Assembly: GCA_019244185.1 (NCBI GenBank)
Contig: JAFATB010000023.1
Span: forward strand, 224,001 to 288,000
Direction: 5' to 3'
Length of the DNA stretch: 64,000 bases
From: Acidobacteriota bacterium
GTDB lineage: Bacteria > Acidobacteriota > Thermoanaerobaculia > Gp7-AA8
Positions 1 to 10,787 of the stretch are shown here, one piece after another. The notes below the pieces were generated by a model, which made no database searches, had not been told where the DNA came from, and saw only the letters and a list, made by a program, of their open reading frames with translations. The translations under genes and the position numbers were made by a program. How positions within the stretch are numbered: the stretch's first letter is position 1; every line of letters starts with the position of its first letter.

Positions 1-267
1 GTTGACCGCGGCGTCCGCGATGCGCTCGCGGAACTCCGGCGTGTTCATCTTCGGATGGTTGTAGCCGATGGGAACCGAGGCGAAGTTGGTGAAGAAGTCG
101 AGGACGTTGCGTCCGCGGCGCGAGTCGAAGACCCACGACCCTTTCGACTTCTTGAGGTCCATGACGATGTCGTAGCCGTCCGCCAGCATGTGGCGCGAGA
201 GGACGTTGTGAACCTCGGCCGGCTGGACGTGGATCCGGCGATCGGTAATGGTGGAGATGGAGGACAT
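1..267 (-). CDS. lat: L-lysine 6-aminotransferase, N-terminal part (runs off the window edge)
   Basis: Hand translation MSSISTITDRRIHVQPAEVHNVLSRHMLADGYDIVMDLKKSKGSWVFDSRRGRNVLDFFTNFASVPIGYNHP resembles the class-III Lat N-terminus; AGGAG RBS upstream. Not in the ORF track. Confidence 0.8.
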   Translation of the reverse strand, partial: MSSISTITDRRIHVQPAEVHNVLSRHMLADGYDIVMDLKKSKGSWVFDSRRGRNVLDFFTNFASVPIGYNHPKMNTPEFRERIADAAVN

Positions 268-347
268 GCGGAAGACTCCTAGCGTCGTGTTCGGTGCAGC
301 GGTTGCGGGCGGGCGATTCTATCAGCCCTGTGATAGAACTGCGATCC

Positions 348-1526
348 ATGAAAGAAATCGTCATTCTCGGCGGTGCGCGCACGCCGATCGGCTCCTTCCT
401 CGGCACCCTTTCCTCGCTCCCCGCGCCGCGGCTCGGCGCCATCGCCATCAAGTGCGCGCTCGAGAACTCCGGCGTCCAGCCGGACCAGGTCCAGCAGGTC
501 ATCATGGGCAACGTCCTGCAGGCCGGCATCGGCCAGGCGCCCGCGCGCCAGGCCGGCATCTACGCCGGCATTCCGGTGAACGCCGGCGCCGTGACCGTGA
601 ACAAGGTCTGCGGCTCGGGAATGAAGGCGGTGATGTACGCGGCGAACGACATCCGCTGCGGCGAGTACGACCTCGCCGTCGCCGGCGGCATGGAGTCGAT
701 GTCGAACGCGCCGTACGCGCTGCCGAACGCGCGCAGCGGCTACCGCATGGGCAACGGGCAGATGCTCGATCTCATGATCCACGACGGTCTGTGGGATCCG
801 TACGGCAACAAGCACATGGGCAGCTGCGCCGAGTCGTGCGTGCAGAAATACACGTTCACGCGCGAGGCGCAGGACGACTTCTCGCGCGAGTCGTACCGCC
901 GCGCGCAGGACGCCACGCAGACCGGGAAGTTCAAGAAGGAGATCGCCGTCGTCGAGATCGAGACGAAGAAGGGCAAGTCGGTCGTCGTCGACGACGAGGA
1001 GCCGTTCACCGCGCCGCTCGACAAGATGGGCAAGCTCAAGCCCGCGTTCCTCAAGGAAGGCGGCACGGTCACGGCCGCGAACGCGTCGAAGATCAACGAC
1101 GGCGCCGCGGCGCTCGTCGTGACGTCGGCTGACTACGCGGAGCAGCACAACCTCAAGCCGCTCGCGCGCATCATCGCGCAGTCGACGACCGCGCAGGAGC
1201 CGGAGTGGTTCACCACCGCGCCCGGCGCCGCGATCGAGCTCGCCCTCCAGCGCGCGAAGATGAACGTCGGCGACATCGACCTCTTCGAGATCAACGAGGC
1301 CTTCGCCGCGGTGGCGATGGCGGCGATGAAGGACGCGAACATCCCGCACGACAAGCTGAACGTCCACGGCGGCGCCGTCGCGTTGGGACACCCGATCGGC
1401 GCCAGCGGCGCGCGCATCCTCGTCACGCTCATTCACGCGCTGCAGGAACGCGGCGGCAAACGCGGCCTCGCCGCGATCTGCATCGGCGGCGGCGAAGCGG
1501 CGGCGATGATCGTGGAAGTGGTTTAG
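348..1526 (+). CDS. Acetyl-CoA C-acetyltransferase (thiolase)
   Basis: RTPIGSF, NKVCGSG (catalytic Cys), NEAFA, GHPIGASG and CIGGG motifs; start moved to MKEIVIL. Confidence 0.95.
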   Translation: MKEIVILGGARTPIGSFLGTLSSLPAPRLGAIAIKCALENSGVQPDQVQQVIMGNVLQAGIGQAPARQAGIYAGIPVNAGAVTVNKVCGSGMKAVMYAANDIRCGEYDLAVAGGMESMSNAPYALPNARSGYRMGNGQMLDLMIHDGLWDPYGNKHMGSCAESCVQKYTFTREAQDDFSRESYRRAQDATQTGKFKKEIAVVEIETKKGKSVVVDDEEPFTAPLDKMGKLKPAFLKEGGTVTAANASKINDGAAALVVTSADYAEQHNLKPLARIIAQSTTAQEPEWFTTAPGAAIELALQRAKMNVGDIDLFEINEAFAAVAMAAMKDANIPHDKLNVHGGAVALGHPIGASGARILVTLIHALQERGGKRGLAAICIGGGEAAAMIVEVV

Positions 1527-1533
1527 GCGGAGA

Positions 1534-2634
1534 TCAGCCGGGCGGCGTCGGAAGAAAAATCTCCGCCGCCGTCCCTCCCCCCTCCCGCGTCAGCGTCAGA
1601 GCGGCGGACGCAGACACCGACTGCAGCCGCGTGCGCAGGTTCGCCAACGAGCGTTTCGCGGCGAAGGGATCGTCGAGCGCCAAATCGCCGTTGTCCTTCA
1701 CGCGCAGAAAGAGTCCGTCCGCCGCGCGCATCGTTTCCACGCGAATGTTGATGTGCGCGCGCCCGCGCCCGTGCTTGATCGCGTTTTCGACCAGTGGCTG
1801 CAGCACGAACGTCGGGACCTGCACGTCCATCGCCGCGGCGTCGAGCGACCACTCCACGCGCAGCCGGTCGCCGAGGCGCAGCGCCTGAATCTCGAGGAAC
1901 AAGGCGGCGAACCGGATCTCGTCGCGGACGCGCGCCAGCGGCTCGCTCCCTTCGTAGGTCATCATGCGGAGCAGCTCCGACATTCCTACGAGCACTCTCT
2001 CGGCCTTGCCCGGATCGCTCGTGACCAGCTCAGTGATCGAGTTCAGCGTGTTGTACAGGAGGTGCGGCTCGAGCCTGGCGCGCAAGGTCCGCATCTGTTC
2101 GTCCGCGAGCTCTTTCTTGAGGACGGCGGAGGCGCCGGCGTCGCGCGCGAGACCATTCCAGCGATGCAGCAGGATGCCGAGCGCCGCGACCTGCCACGCC
2201 TGCCACAGCGCGTCGTGAAACCGGAAGGACAATCCCGCCGCGTACGGATCCGGATTGTGGATCTGCCGCCACGGTGGCGCGGTATGGATCTGCAGCCACG
2301 TTTCCGCGAACGTGATGCCCAAGGTCAGCCCCAGCGCCGTCACCGCGAGCAATAGAAGCGCCGGCAGCCGGCCCCATCGCCTTGTTTCCATGACGTCCAC
2401 GACGGCGAACAGCGCGAACGTCAGAGCGATCCACGCCAGCGTGCCGCCCGTGTACATCGTGAGCATGCCCAGCACTCCACTGTGCGCGGTGATGAACATA
2501 CTGCGGACGTGCTCCTGCGACAGACCGTAGATCGCGAGCAGGAACCACGAACAGAACACCGACACCACCACACGCCGGTCGCTGATGAGACGCGGCGGGA
2601 GCGCGGCCGGTTCGGGCGCGGACTGCAAATTCAT
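1534..2634 (-). CDS. LytS/YehU-type membrane sensor histidine kinase
   Basis: About 4 TM segments, H-box LRARLEPHLLYNTLNSI, LQPLVENAIKHG, DNG; start taken at MNLQSAP. Confidence 0.85.
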   Translation of the reverse strand: MNLQSAPEPAALPPRLISDRRVVVSVFCSWFLLAIYGLSQEHVRSMFITAHSGVLGMLTMYTGGTLAWIALTFALFAVVDVMETRRWGRLPALLLLAVTALGLTLGITFAETWLQIHTAPPWRQIHNPDPYAAGLSFRFHDALWQAWQVAALGILLHRWNGLARDAGASAVLKKELADEQMRTLRARLEPHLLYNTLNSITELVTSDPGKAERVLVGMSELLRMMTYEGSEPLARVRDEIRFAALFLEIQALRLGDRLRVEWSLDAAAMDVQVPTFVLQPLVENAIKHGRGRAHINIRVETMRAADGLFLRVKDNGDLALDDPFAAKRSLANLRTRLQSVSASAALTLTREGGGTAAEIFLPTPPG

Positions 2635-2875
2635 CGTAAGCCGGCAGCATAGTGGCCCCGCGCCCTCGACTTGCCAAACGATCGGTGACAGATTCCGTTG
2701 CTCCGCCGCTGTCCATCGCTCCGCAGTTCGTACAGCGTGCGAACGACCGGCAATTCGCCACGGCATTTCCCCAATCCATCCCGCGATTTCGGGCAAATTA
2801 CCCGCCGGCGTTTGCAGACGCACGAGGAGCATCTAGCGTTCGTGAATCCTTCGGCTGAATACGGAGAGACTCACA

Positions 2876-5356
2876 ATGCGCGAGAACGTTCGTCGACCCG
2901 GTCGTTCGCCTTCCGTAAGGACGGTGCGAGCTTTTCTGGTATGCGTCGCGATCACGTCGTTTGCGGCGATTGCCATCGGTCAGGTCTGCGGCCCGATTCG
3001 GCCGCCCATCACCGCTCCGCCGCCGTCACCGGTTGGCGTATCCGTCGACTACACCGTCGCCTGCATCCCGCCGCCACAAGGACAGTCGTCGACGCTCAGC
3101 AACTGCACGTTCACACCCGTGCTGCCGGAGGAGTCGCGCGCCTATCTGCAGCAATACGAGTGGACGATGGGCATCCTTCCGGCCGACAACTTCAAGCCGG
3201 TATTCTTCACCGTGCAGCCGTATACGTTCCAGTATCCGAACGCCACCGCCACCTATCACACCGCGATCAAAGCCACGTTTTCCACCGGCGAAACGCGCAT
3301 TGTGACCAAGGACGTGACGGTGACGGAGGTGCTAGACCCGCCGTTTTTCGCGTCCAACTCCAATACGTTCTTTCCGAGCGGGAGCGTCACGGGGCTCTGT
3401 ACTGAGTTTGCCACCACGTACGGCGGTCCGCTTGGAGTCCAGGAGTACCGGTACGCGTGGGATTTCGGCGACGGCACGACCTGGCCGTACGGGCCGGTCA
3501 AGACCATCTATCACACGTTTCAGAATCCCGGCATCTACAACGTCACCCTGAAAGTGGTCTCCATCGACAGCGGCCAGGAAGTGACGTACTCGCAATCCAT
3601 CGTTGCGAGGAATGCCGCCCCGTTACCGGTGGTCAATGTCCGCCGCGATGCTCAGGACTCCGCATTGTGGACGTTCGACGCATCCGGCTCGCGCGATGAC
3701 CCGAACCCCGGAAGCGTGACCACCGGACCCACCTGTGGGTACAACACGAACAACGGCATCGTTTCGTACGAATGGGATTTCGGCGACGATCATGTCGGCC
3801 GCGGCTCGAGCGTCGCGCATCGATTCGCGCACGGCGGCACCTATCCGGTGAGCCTGCGGCTCACCGACCGTAATGGACTGACGGCGGCGACCACCGTCAC
3901 CGTGACGGTTCCCAATCAGCCGCCCGTCGCCGCGTTTTCCTTCGACTGTACCCCCGGCACGACCTGCACGTTCGACGCGAGCGCGTCCAGTGACGACGGC
4001 GGCGTGGCATCGTATCTCTGGACGTTCCCTGACGGCACGCAGAGCACGGCGTCGCCCACGCTGCGCAAGACATTTACCGCGCCCGGCGCGTACAACGTGC
4101 AACTGGCGGTCTCGGACGGCTCGCTGACGTCTCCCGTCATTGCGAGAACCGTTCGCGTCGTGGCCGGCGGTCCGCCGCCGCCGTCCGTCTACTACGCCCT
4201 TCCTCCGTGCCGTCTGTACGACTCCGGCAGCGACAGCCCATTGAAGCCGTCGGAGACGCGCACGATCACCGTTGCTCCGAATCTTCGCTGCGGCATTCCG
4301 GGCAATGCCGTCGCCGTGGCCGCGACGGCCACGGTGATCAATCCGAGCGCGGATGGCTCGCTCAGTTACACGTCCCGCGCGAACGGCGTGCAGTCGTCGC
4401 TGAATTTCAACGCCGCCCGAGGGTCGCGCGCGAACGGAGGGATTTACCCGCTCGACGCCGGGAACCTGTCCGTCCTCAATGACTCCGGCGGAACGGCCGG
4501 ACTCACGCTGGACGTCAACGGCTATTTCGCGGCGGTCACCAAATCGACGAGCGCGCAGGCAAATGCCATGACGTTCGTGCCATCTCTCGACGGTTGTTCA
4601 CTGTTCGACGCGCGGACTACACCGGAATTGCGGCTCACCGGTACCGCGACCGCGCGCCTGCAATTGCGCGGGACCTGCGGACTGCCGCGCGACGCGGCCG
4701 CGCTTTTCGTGAATTTCGGCGTCGTCCGTGCCTCGGCCGACCCTCCCGGAATGGCCGGCCTCGCCGCGCACGGTGGAGCGGCGCTGTTCGCGCCGGAGGC
4801 GGGCAGCGCATTCACCTCGGCACGGCCGCCGACGTGGACGACCGCGGTGAACTCTCCGTTCGTCCCCGTCAGAACCAGCAGCGTCGTCGAGCTCGGCGAG
4901 CCGGGCGGTCCCGACGCATGGATGGAGTTCTACGGCGGCGAAGGCTGGATCGATCCGGCCGCCGACCTCGAGGGATATTTCACGGCGTCGACGACGGCCG
5001 GCGGACTTCGCTATTACCCGCTGACGCCGTGCCGCGCCGGCGCGGTCGCATTACAGCCGTCCGCCGCGCGGACGCTGCAGGTTCAGGGAAATTGCGGCGT
5101 ACCGCGCGGCGCGCGGGCGGTCGCGGTCAACGTCATCGCCGCGAACCTGCAGTCCGCATCCGGCGGCAATGTCTGGATCGCCGCCGCCGGACGTGATTTC
5201 CCGTCAGGACCGGCCGTGGCCTATCAGCCCGGCGAGTTCGCAGTTGCGAACGGCGCAATCGTGCCGCTCGCCTCCGGCCAGTCGGATGACCTTGCAGTCG
5301 TTTCCGACGGCAATCCCGCTGTGATCGTCGACGTGTACGGGTACTTCGCACCGTAA
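2876..5356 (+). CDS. Secreted protein with three PKD domains and three C-terminal repeats
   Basis: Hydrophobic signal peptide; WDFGDG, WDFGDD and WTFPDG PKD motifs; three PCR/GC...CG(I/L/V)P...D(V/L)xGYF repeats. Confidence 0.85.
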   Translation: MRENVRRPGRSPSVRTVRAFLVCVAITSFAAIAIGQVCGPIRPPITAPPPSPVGVSVDYTVACIPPPQGQSSTLSNCTFTPVLPEESRAYLQQYEWTMGILPADNFKPVFFTVQPYTFQYPNATATYHTAIKATFSTGETRIVTKDVTVTEVLDPPFFASNSNTFFPSGSVTGLCTEFATTYGGPLGVQEYRYAWDFGDGTTWPYGPVKTIYHTFQNPGIYNVTLKVVSIDSGQEVTYSQSIVARNAAPLPVVNVRRDAQDSALWTFDASGSRDDPNPGSVTTGPTCGYNTNNGIVSYEWDFGDDHVGRGSSVAHRFAHGGTYPVSLRLTDRNGLTAATTVTVTVPNQPPVAAFSFDCTPGTTCTFDASASSDDGGVASYLWTFPDGTQSTASPTLRKTFTAPGAYNVQLAVSDGSLTSPVIARTVRVVAGGPPPPSVYYALPPCRLYDSGSDSPLKPSETRTITVAPNLRCGIPGNAVAVAATATVINPSADGSLSYTSRANGVQSSLNFNAARGSRANGGIYPLDAGNLSVLNDSGGTAGLTLDVNGYFAAVTKSTSAQANAMTFVPSLDGCSLFDARTTPELRLTGTATARLQLRGTCGLPRDAAALFVNFGVVRASADPPGMAGLAAHGGAALFAPEAGSAFTSARPPTWTTAVNSPFVPVRTSSVVELGEPGGPDAWMEFYGGEGWIDPAADLEGYFTASTTAGGLRYYPLTPCRAGAVALQPSAARTLQVQGNCGVPRGARAVAVNVIAANLQSASGGNVWIAAAGRDFPSGPAVAYQPGEFAVANGAIVPLASGQSDDLAVVSDGNPAVIVDVYGYFAP

Positions 5357-5375
5357 GGGTGCACGAGGAAGCGTT

Positions 5376-8300
5376 ATGAAGAGACTACTGTGGGTGATTT
5401 GTGTCCTCGTGTTGGTTCCGGTGGTGGCGCGTGCGAACGACGACCCGGCCACTGCGCGCGGGTTCAAGGCGAACGCCGTGTACGACTCGCACGACATTGA
5501 CTCCGTCAATGCGATGAACGGCACGCTGTCGGTCCATGTGCCGATCGGCGGCCGGTATCCCAGCAACGGAACGCTTTCGTATCAATTCATGCTGTCGTAC
5601 AGCTCGAATTTGTGGGACTGGCGCAGCCACTCGGGAGTGGAACTGGTGAGCCTCGCACAATTCGGCGACGTGTTCGGCGGTGGAGTGGACAATCCGCCGG
5701 CGCCGTCGACCGACGGCCTGGAGAGCTTTCCGGCCCGCGCGTTCAATGCCGGTATCGGCTGGATGGTGTCGCTTGGTGAAGTGCGGGAAACGGTCGGCTC
5801 GCTGAATTATCAGTACGAGTACATCAGCGAAGACGGCGCCGGGCATCCCTTCTATGCGACGCTGCACGGCGACAGCCCATTGCCGGCGCCGGCCGGCACG
5901 GACGTGTTCTATACGCACGATTCGACCTACATCCGCATGCTGGTTCTGGCTCGCGACGCGCAGCGGCGGCCGATCTCGTTCGAGGTGCAGCTGCCGGACG
6001 GCATCCATAAGCGATTCGTCCGCTACGCCTGGCCGGGCGACTCGGAACTGGATCACCGGTTCCTGCTGACGTCGATCGCCGACCCGTTCGGAAACGTTTT
6101 GTACGTGGAGCGAAGCACGCCTCCCGGCACGCCGGCATTGACGCGGCCGCCGGTCGGCTCGACCTGGGTGTGGACGTACAAACAAGCCACGCTCGCGAAC
6201 GCCGACCGTTATGCAAATCCCGATACGGATTCACTGTCGCCATTCCGCACGCACGTGCTGACGTATGCCATCCCGCACTGGTACGAATTGCAATTGAGCA
6301 GCGTGCAGCTGGCCACGGCGGGCGGGCCGGCGACGTACCAGTTCACGTACGATCCGGCCAGCGTGCTGCGCGCCATGAACTCGAACTGGGGAGATCCCGG
6401 CACACAATACGTGCCGTTCGACAGTCAGGGCGGAGTAGCGACTTCGCTTCTGCGACAGATCGACCTGCCGGGAAATGGCGGCTCGTGGGCCTTTCGGTAT
6501 TACGAACGCGTCTGCCGCAGCGGCTCCGGGCCGTGTTATCAGGCGGACGCGTATCCCTATCGCTGGAGCTCGACGTTCACGTACTCGATGAGCAACCGCT
6601 CGGGGAGACTGGCCGAAGTCGACCTGCCGACCGGCGGCGCCGTCAGCTATGAATACGATCGTACCGCCATTCCGACGCGCGGCTGCAATAGCCAGCAGCA
6701 GGCGCGGGAAGGTTTGGGCGTGTCCACTGTCGGCGTTTCGCAGCGCACGGTATGGAAGCACAAACCGAATGGTTCTCCGTCGGATGCGACGAACATCGAC
6801 GGGGAATGGCGCTACGTTCGCACGCCCGGCGCGTGGGTTGCGCTCGATGGCTCGGCATGTAAGTGGCCGAAGGAATTCCTCGCCGCGACGATCGATCCGC
6901 AGGGTACCGTCGCGCTGTCCTTTTTCTCGACCTACATCTCCGATCCGGTGAATCCTGCCGGAGGTTGGACGAACCCGCGCGGATGGGACGTCCGCGAATG
7001 GGGCCTGCCGTTCTCCAGATACGAGTCGGACAACGCCGGCGCCTTTGTCTCGCAGCAGACGTTTGCGTGCGGAACGGCTTTTCCGGAAACGCTCAGTGCG
7101 TCAGACCTGCGTGACGGCGTCCGTAATCTGCTCCCACGATACGCGTCGACGACGACGTGCGGCGCGCCGGTCCGTTCGTATTTCGTCCGCTACGACCTCT
7201 CCAGCGGCTTCGATTGCAGCGCGAACGACAGCGACATCGTCCGCTGCACGCAGCCCAACAGCCGCGCGTACACCACTGTGACTCGCTATGACGACGACGG
7301 CAGTCCGTCAGCGCGGCCGATGTCCATCACCGTCTCGGACGTCTCGTCGTTCGACGGCTTTGGCCACTATCGCTCGACGTTCCAGACCAGTACGAACTTT
7401 CATTTCGCATCGCCGCGGACCGAGATTACGAACTGGAACCCGCGCGGCGACTCTCCGAATTGGATCCTCAATGTCTACGACAAGACGGTGCAGACGGAGG
7501 CGATCGAGGGATCGCCGCAGAATCCGAAAATCGAAATCCGCAAAACAGCGTACACGTTCGACGAAACGACCGGGTGGCTCAAACAGAAGCACGTATTCGC
7601 CACGAACCGCTTTCCGGCATCCAGCCACGTGTCGCCGAGCGACGATCCGGTAGCCGAGTCGATCAACGATGTCGTCGAGACTTACGACCGTTGCCGCGGA
7701 GCCGCCGCGCCGTGCTCGCCTGCGGCGAACGCCGCCAGCGTGGTCATCCGCGAACAGTCGAGCGGCGGCGACGGCAGCCGCAGCACCACGGCGGGCGCCG
7801 AGTTTCAGCGGTTCCGGCAGCTTCAATACGGCGGCCAGGCGGCATTGCGGTACGAGAACAACGGCTCGTCGCTCGTCGTCGAGACGAATACCGTCGATCC
7901 CGCGTCCGGAGCCGTTCTGGCGTCGACCGACACCGCCGGACTGACGACGCGCTATTCCTACGACGCGCTCGGCCGCATCACCGGCATCAGTTACGACAAC
8001 GGCGCGAACACGAGCGTCGCCGCCGGAGCGGCGACGACCATCAACTATTACCCACCCGACGACACGATCAGCGCGCGGGTGACCGTCGACCGCGGCAGCT
8101 TCGAGTCCTCTGAATATCGTTACGATCACCTCGGCCGTCTCAATGACGAACGTCATCAGATTCCACAGGCGGCGGCCGGCGATCCGCAGTTCTCGCAGAA
8201 AACCCGCCAGTACGATCCGCTCGGCCGCACGACGTTCGAATCGACGGTCGCCGCGCTAGGCGATACGCCCTCTGGAACGCAATACGACTACACGGACGCC

Positions 8301-10787
8301 ACCACCCATCGCGTCGATCCGTTCGGCCGTCCGCACCGCATGACCCTTCCCGACCACAAGACGATCGACTTGACGTACAACGGCGTACAGGTGGTGAAGC
8401 GCCTGGTGAGGATCGCGAGCGGAGATCGCACTCTGACGGACGCCGCGAGTTGGACCCACTATGACGCGCTCGGACGGCTCAGGAGAACCGAGGAGTACGA
8501 CGCGCCAGGATCCTTGAATACCACGCCGACGGATTACACGTACGATGCAGGCGGGGAATTGGCGGTGGTGGACATGGCCGGCCAGAAGCGGCGATTCGAT
8601 CGGGATGGCCGCGGCCTCGTCACCAGCGAGACGATGCCGGAGCTCGATCACTCGGTCGGCTACCGGTACGACTCGATGGGCCACCCACTCGAGAAGAATT
8701 ACGGCGGCACCGACTTCGACCTGGCGTTCACTTACGACGTCGCTGGGCGTCCGCTCACCGTTTACCAGCTCTCCAGCGGCAATCCGCTGAAGGCGTTCGA
8801 CTACTACGCGACGAACAACGCCTGTGGAGAAAACGCCGGTTTCGCCAATGGCAAGCTGTACTCGGCGACGCGCTACAACTACATTCGCGATCCTCATGCA
8901 TGGTCGAGCTACTTGCCGTCGCTCAATGTGACCGAGGTGTACAAGTACAACGGCACGAACGGCGCACGTTCCGACGTCGAGACGAGACTGGGCAGGGGCG
9001 AGGTACTGCGCACTTCGTTTGGCTATGACGCGGCGGGAGAACTGACCAGCATTCAGTATCCGAAGTGCGTTGCCGGCTGTACGGCCGTGAACGCGCGGTC
9101 CGTGACGATGGCGTACGATCATGGACGCCTCACCAGCGTCAACGGCTTTGCGTCGCTCCGCTACTTCCCGAACGGCATGATGAGCCGCGTGATCCACGCG
9201 AACGGCGTCCACGACGTCGAAGAGATCGCCAACGGTATGCCGCGGCCGGCGGCGCTGTATACCGAAAACGTGGCCGGCGGCGCGAACTGGAACGCGCCGG
9301 ACGCGCTCAATCAACGCATGAATTACTCGTACGACGGCGCGGGCAACATCGCCGGCATCCAACGCCCGTCGGGCGTGGGGGATTGGTACGCCTACGATCG
9401 CGTTGGACGCCTGATCAAAGCGAACATCGCCGGCGATACGCCGTCCGCGGGTGGTGGCATTACGCAGGATTTTGCATACGACACGTGGGGCAATCTGTTG
9501 TCCACGACGACGAGCGGCGACCCTGCGCCCTCCGCGGCCGCGGTGAATTCCGCGACGAATCGACTCGCCAACGGAACGTATGACGCCATGGGGAATCTGA
9601 CCAGCTTTCAGGTGCTCCGCTACGAATACGATGCGCTCGGCGACCTGACGTTCCTGCGCAGCGTGACCGACACGACTCCGGTCGGCAAGATCTTCGTGTA
9701 CGGCCCCTCCGACGACCGCATCGGCGTGTGGAACTTCCGCACGTCCGACAACACCGTGCGCGAGCTCTGGAGCTTGCGCGGAAACGGTGGCGAAGTCCTC
9801 CGCGATTTCGAAAAGGCCGGCGACGGCGCCTGGACCTGGAGCAAAGACACCGTCTATCGCGGACCAGCGCAGCTCGCAACGATCTCCGCCGCCGCCGACG
9901 GCACCGTCACCCACCACCTCACCATCGATCACCTCGGATCCCCACGCATCGTCACCGACGCCAGCGGCCACCGCGTCGGCACCCACATCCTGTCGCCCTT
10001 CGGCCGCGAGCTCACCACGCCCTCGGACGGCGAACGCCTCCTCTTCACCGGCCACGAGCGCGACGAAAACGATCCGCGCCCGGGAACGCAGCTGGCGGAC
10101 ATGGATTACATGCACGCGCGCTATTACGCGCCCGTGCTGGGGCGGTTTTTGTCGGTGGATCCGGTACTCGATCAGCAGTTCGCCGCGAAGAATCCGCAGG
10201 CGTGGAGCCGCTACTCATACGTCCGCAACAACCCGTTCAATAAGACCGATCTGACTGGAAAATGTGAGGATCCTGGGGGAGCGGGCACGCGACTGTGCAT
10301 CGCAACATTCATCCCGCAGAAAACGTTTGGAGGCTTCAAGGGGGACAATCGAGGACCGAACCCGACTGGCGGAACGTTCAGGACACAGCAGACGATCAAC
10401 GTCACGAAGCCCAGTCTCAGGGGCGTGATTAAAGAGAAGTTCACACCGGGAGTTTCTGTCTTCGGTAGCAAAGCGCGCCAGGCCGAGGTTGCCGGGCAGG
10501 AGGTCTCGCCGAGTTCGAAAGGTATCGTTGCGAAAGCCCAAGCGAGCGACGGGTTGTTGTATGGAGTGGCTCCGAATCTAGAATACGATCTCACTTTTGA
10601 GCCGACGGGAGACGGGGGCCTGAAGGTGACGGGAACGCACACGGCATTTCCTTCGCTGGAAGTGTGGAGATATGAAGATGGCAAAGTGCCGCAACTGCTA
10701 TATCACTACGATGCGTCCGGCAAGGGATTTATGGGTGGCTTAATAGGTATCAACCAGACAATTGAGGTGCCTGAAGATGAGCCGTAG
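5376..10787 (+). CDS. RHS/YD-repeat polymorphic toxin with Sec signal peptide and C-terminal tip domain
   Basis: Signal peptide MKRLLW...ARA; many YDxxGR repeats; core motifs DHLGSPR, FTGHERD, ARYY, GRFLSVDP, YSYVRNNP-x4-DLTG; ~175-aa tip. Confidence 0.93.
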   Translation: MKRLLWVICVLVLVPVVARANDDPATARGFKANAVYDSHDIDSVNAMNGTLSVHVPIGGRYPSNGTLSYQFMLSYSSNLWDWRSHSGVELVSLAQFGDVFGGGVDNPPAPSTDGLESFPARAFNAGIGWMVSLGEVRETVGSLNYQYEYISEDGAGHPFYATLHGDSPLPAPAGTDVFYTHDSTYIRMLVLARDAQRRPISFEVQLPDGIHKRFVRYAWPGDSELDHRFLLTSIADPFGNVLYVERSTPPGTPALTRPPVGSTWVWTYKQATLANADRYANPDTDSLSPFRTHVLTYAIPHWYELQLSSVQLATAGGPATYQFTYDPASVLRAMNSNWGDPGTQYVPFDSQGGVATSLLRQIDLPGNGGSWAFRYYERVCRSGSGPCYQADAYPYRWSSTFTYSMSNRSGRLAEVDLPTGGAVSYEYDRTAIPTRGCNSQQQAREGLGVSTVGVSQRTVWKHKPNGSPSDATNIDGEWRYVRTPGAWVALDGSACKWPKEFLAATIDPQGTVALSFFSTYISDPVNPAGGWTNPRGWDVREWGLPFSRYESDNAGAFVSQQTFACGTAFPETLSASDLRDGVRNLLPRYASTTTCGAPVRSYFVRYDLSSGFDCSANDSDIVRCTQPNSRAYTTVTRYDDDGSPSARPMSITVSDVSSFDGFGHYRSTFQTSTNFHFASPRTEITNWNPRGDSPNWILNVYDKTVQTEAIEGSPQNPKIEIRKTAYTFDETTGWLKQKHVFATNRFPASSHVSPSDDPVAESINDVVETYDRCRGAAAPCSPAANAASVVIREQSSGGDGSRSTTAGAEFQRFRQLQYGGQAALRYENNGSSLVVETNTVDPASGAVLASTDTAGLTTRYSYDALGRITGISYDNGANTSVAAGAATTINYYPPDDTISARVTVDRGSFESSEYRYDHLGRLNDERHQIPQAAAGDPQFSQKTRQYDPLGRTTFESTVAALGDTPSGTQYDYTDATTHRVDPFGRPHRMTLPDHKTIDLTYNGVQVVKRLVRIASGDRTLTDAASWTHYDALGRLRRTEEYDAPGSLNTTPTDYTYDAGGELAVVDMAGQKRRFDRDGRGLVTSETMPELDHSVGYRYDSMGHPLEKNYGGTDFDLAFTYDVAGRPLTVYQLSSGNPLKAFDYYATNNACGENAGFANGKLYSATRYNYIRDPHAWSSYLPSLNVTEVYKYNGTNGARSDVETRLGRGEVLRTSFGYDAAGELTSIQYPKCVAGCTAVNARSVTMAYDHGRLTSVNGFASLRYFPNGMMSRVIHANGVHDVEEIANGMPRPAALYTENVAGGANWNAPDALNQRMNYSYDGAGNIAGIQRPSGVGDWYAYDRVGRLIKANIAGDTPSAGGGITQDFAYDTWGNLLSTTTSGDPAPSAAAVNSATNRLANGTYDAMGNLTSFQVLRYEYDALGDLTFLRSVTDTTPVGKIFVYGPSDDRIGVWNFRTSDNTVRELWSLRGNGGEVLRDFEKAGDGAWTWSKDTVYRGPAQLATISAAADGTVTHHLTIDHLGSPRIVTDASGHRVGTHILSPFGRELTTPSDGERLLFTGHERDENDPRPGTQLADMDYMHARYYAPVLGRFLSVDPVLDQQFAAKNPQAWSRYSYVRNNPFNKTDLTGKCEDPGGAGTRLCIATFIPQKTFGGFKGDNRGPNPTGGTFRTQQTINVTKPSLRGVIKEKFTPGVSVFGSKARQAEVAGQEVSPSSKGIVAKAQASDGLLYGVAPNLEYDLTFEPTGDGGLKVTGTHTAFPSLEVWRYEDGKVPQLLYHYDASGKGFMGGLIGINQTIEVPEDEP

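Noticed and set aside
1-1526. lat and thiolase as a lysine catabolism unit
   Set aside because: Only divergent adjacency; no shared operator is visible and the rest of the pathway is outside the window.
2690-2845. Possible LytTR direct repeats (GCAGTTCGT, GCAATTCGC, GCATTTCCC, CGATTTCGG, GCGTTCGTG) upstream of the PKD gene
   Set aside because: Degenerate and inconsistently spaced; only one pair is about 21 bp apart. Not supportable without homologous promoters.
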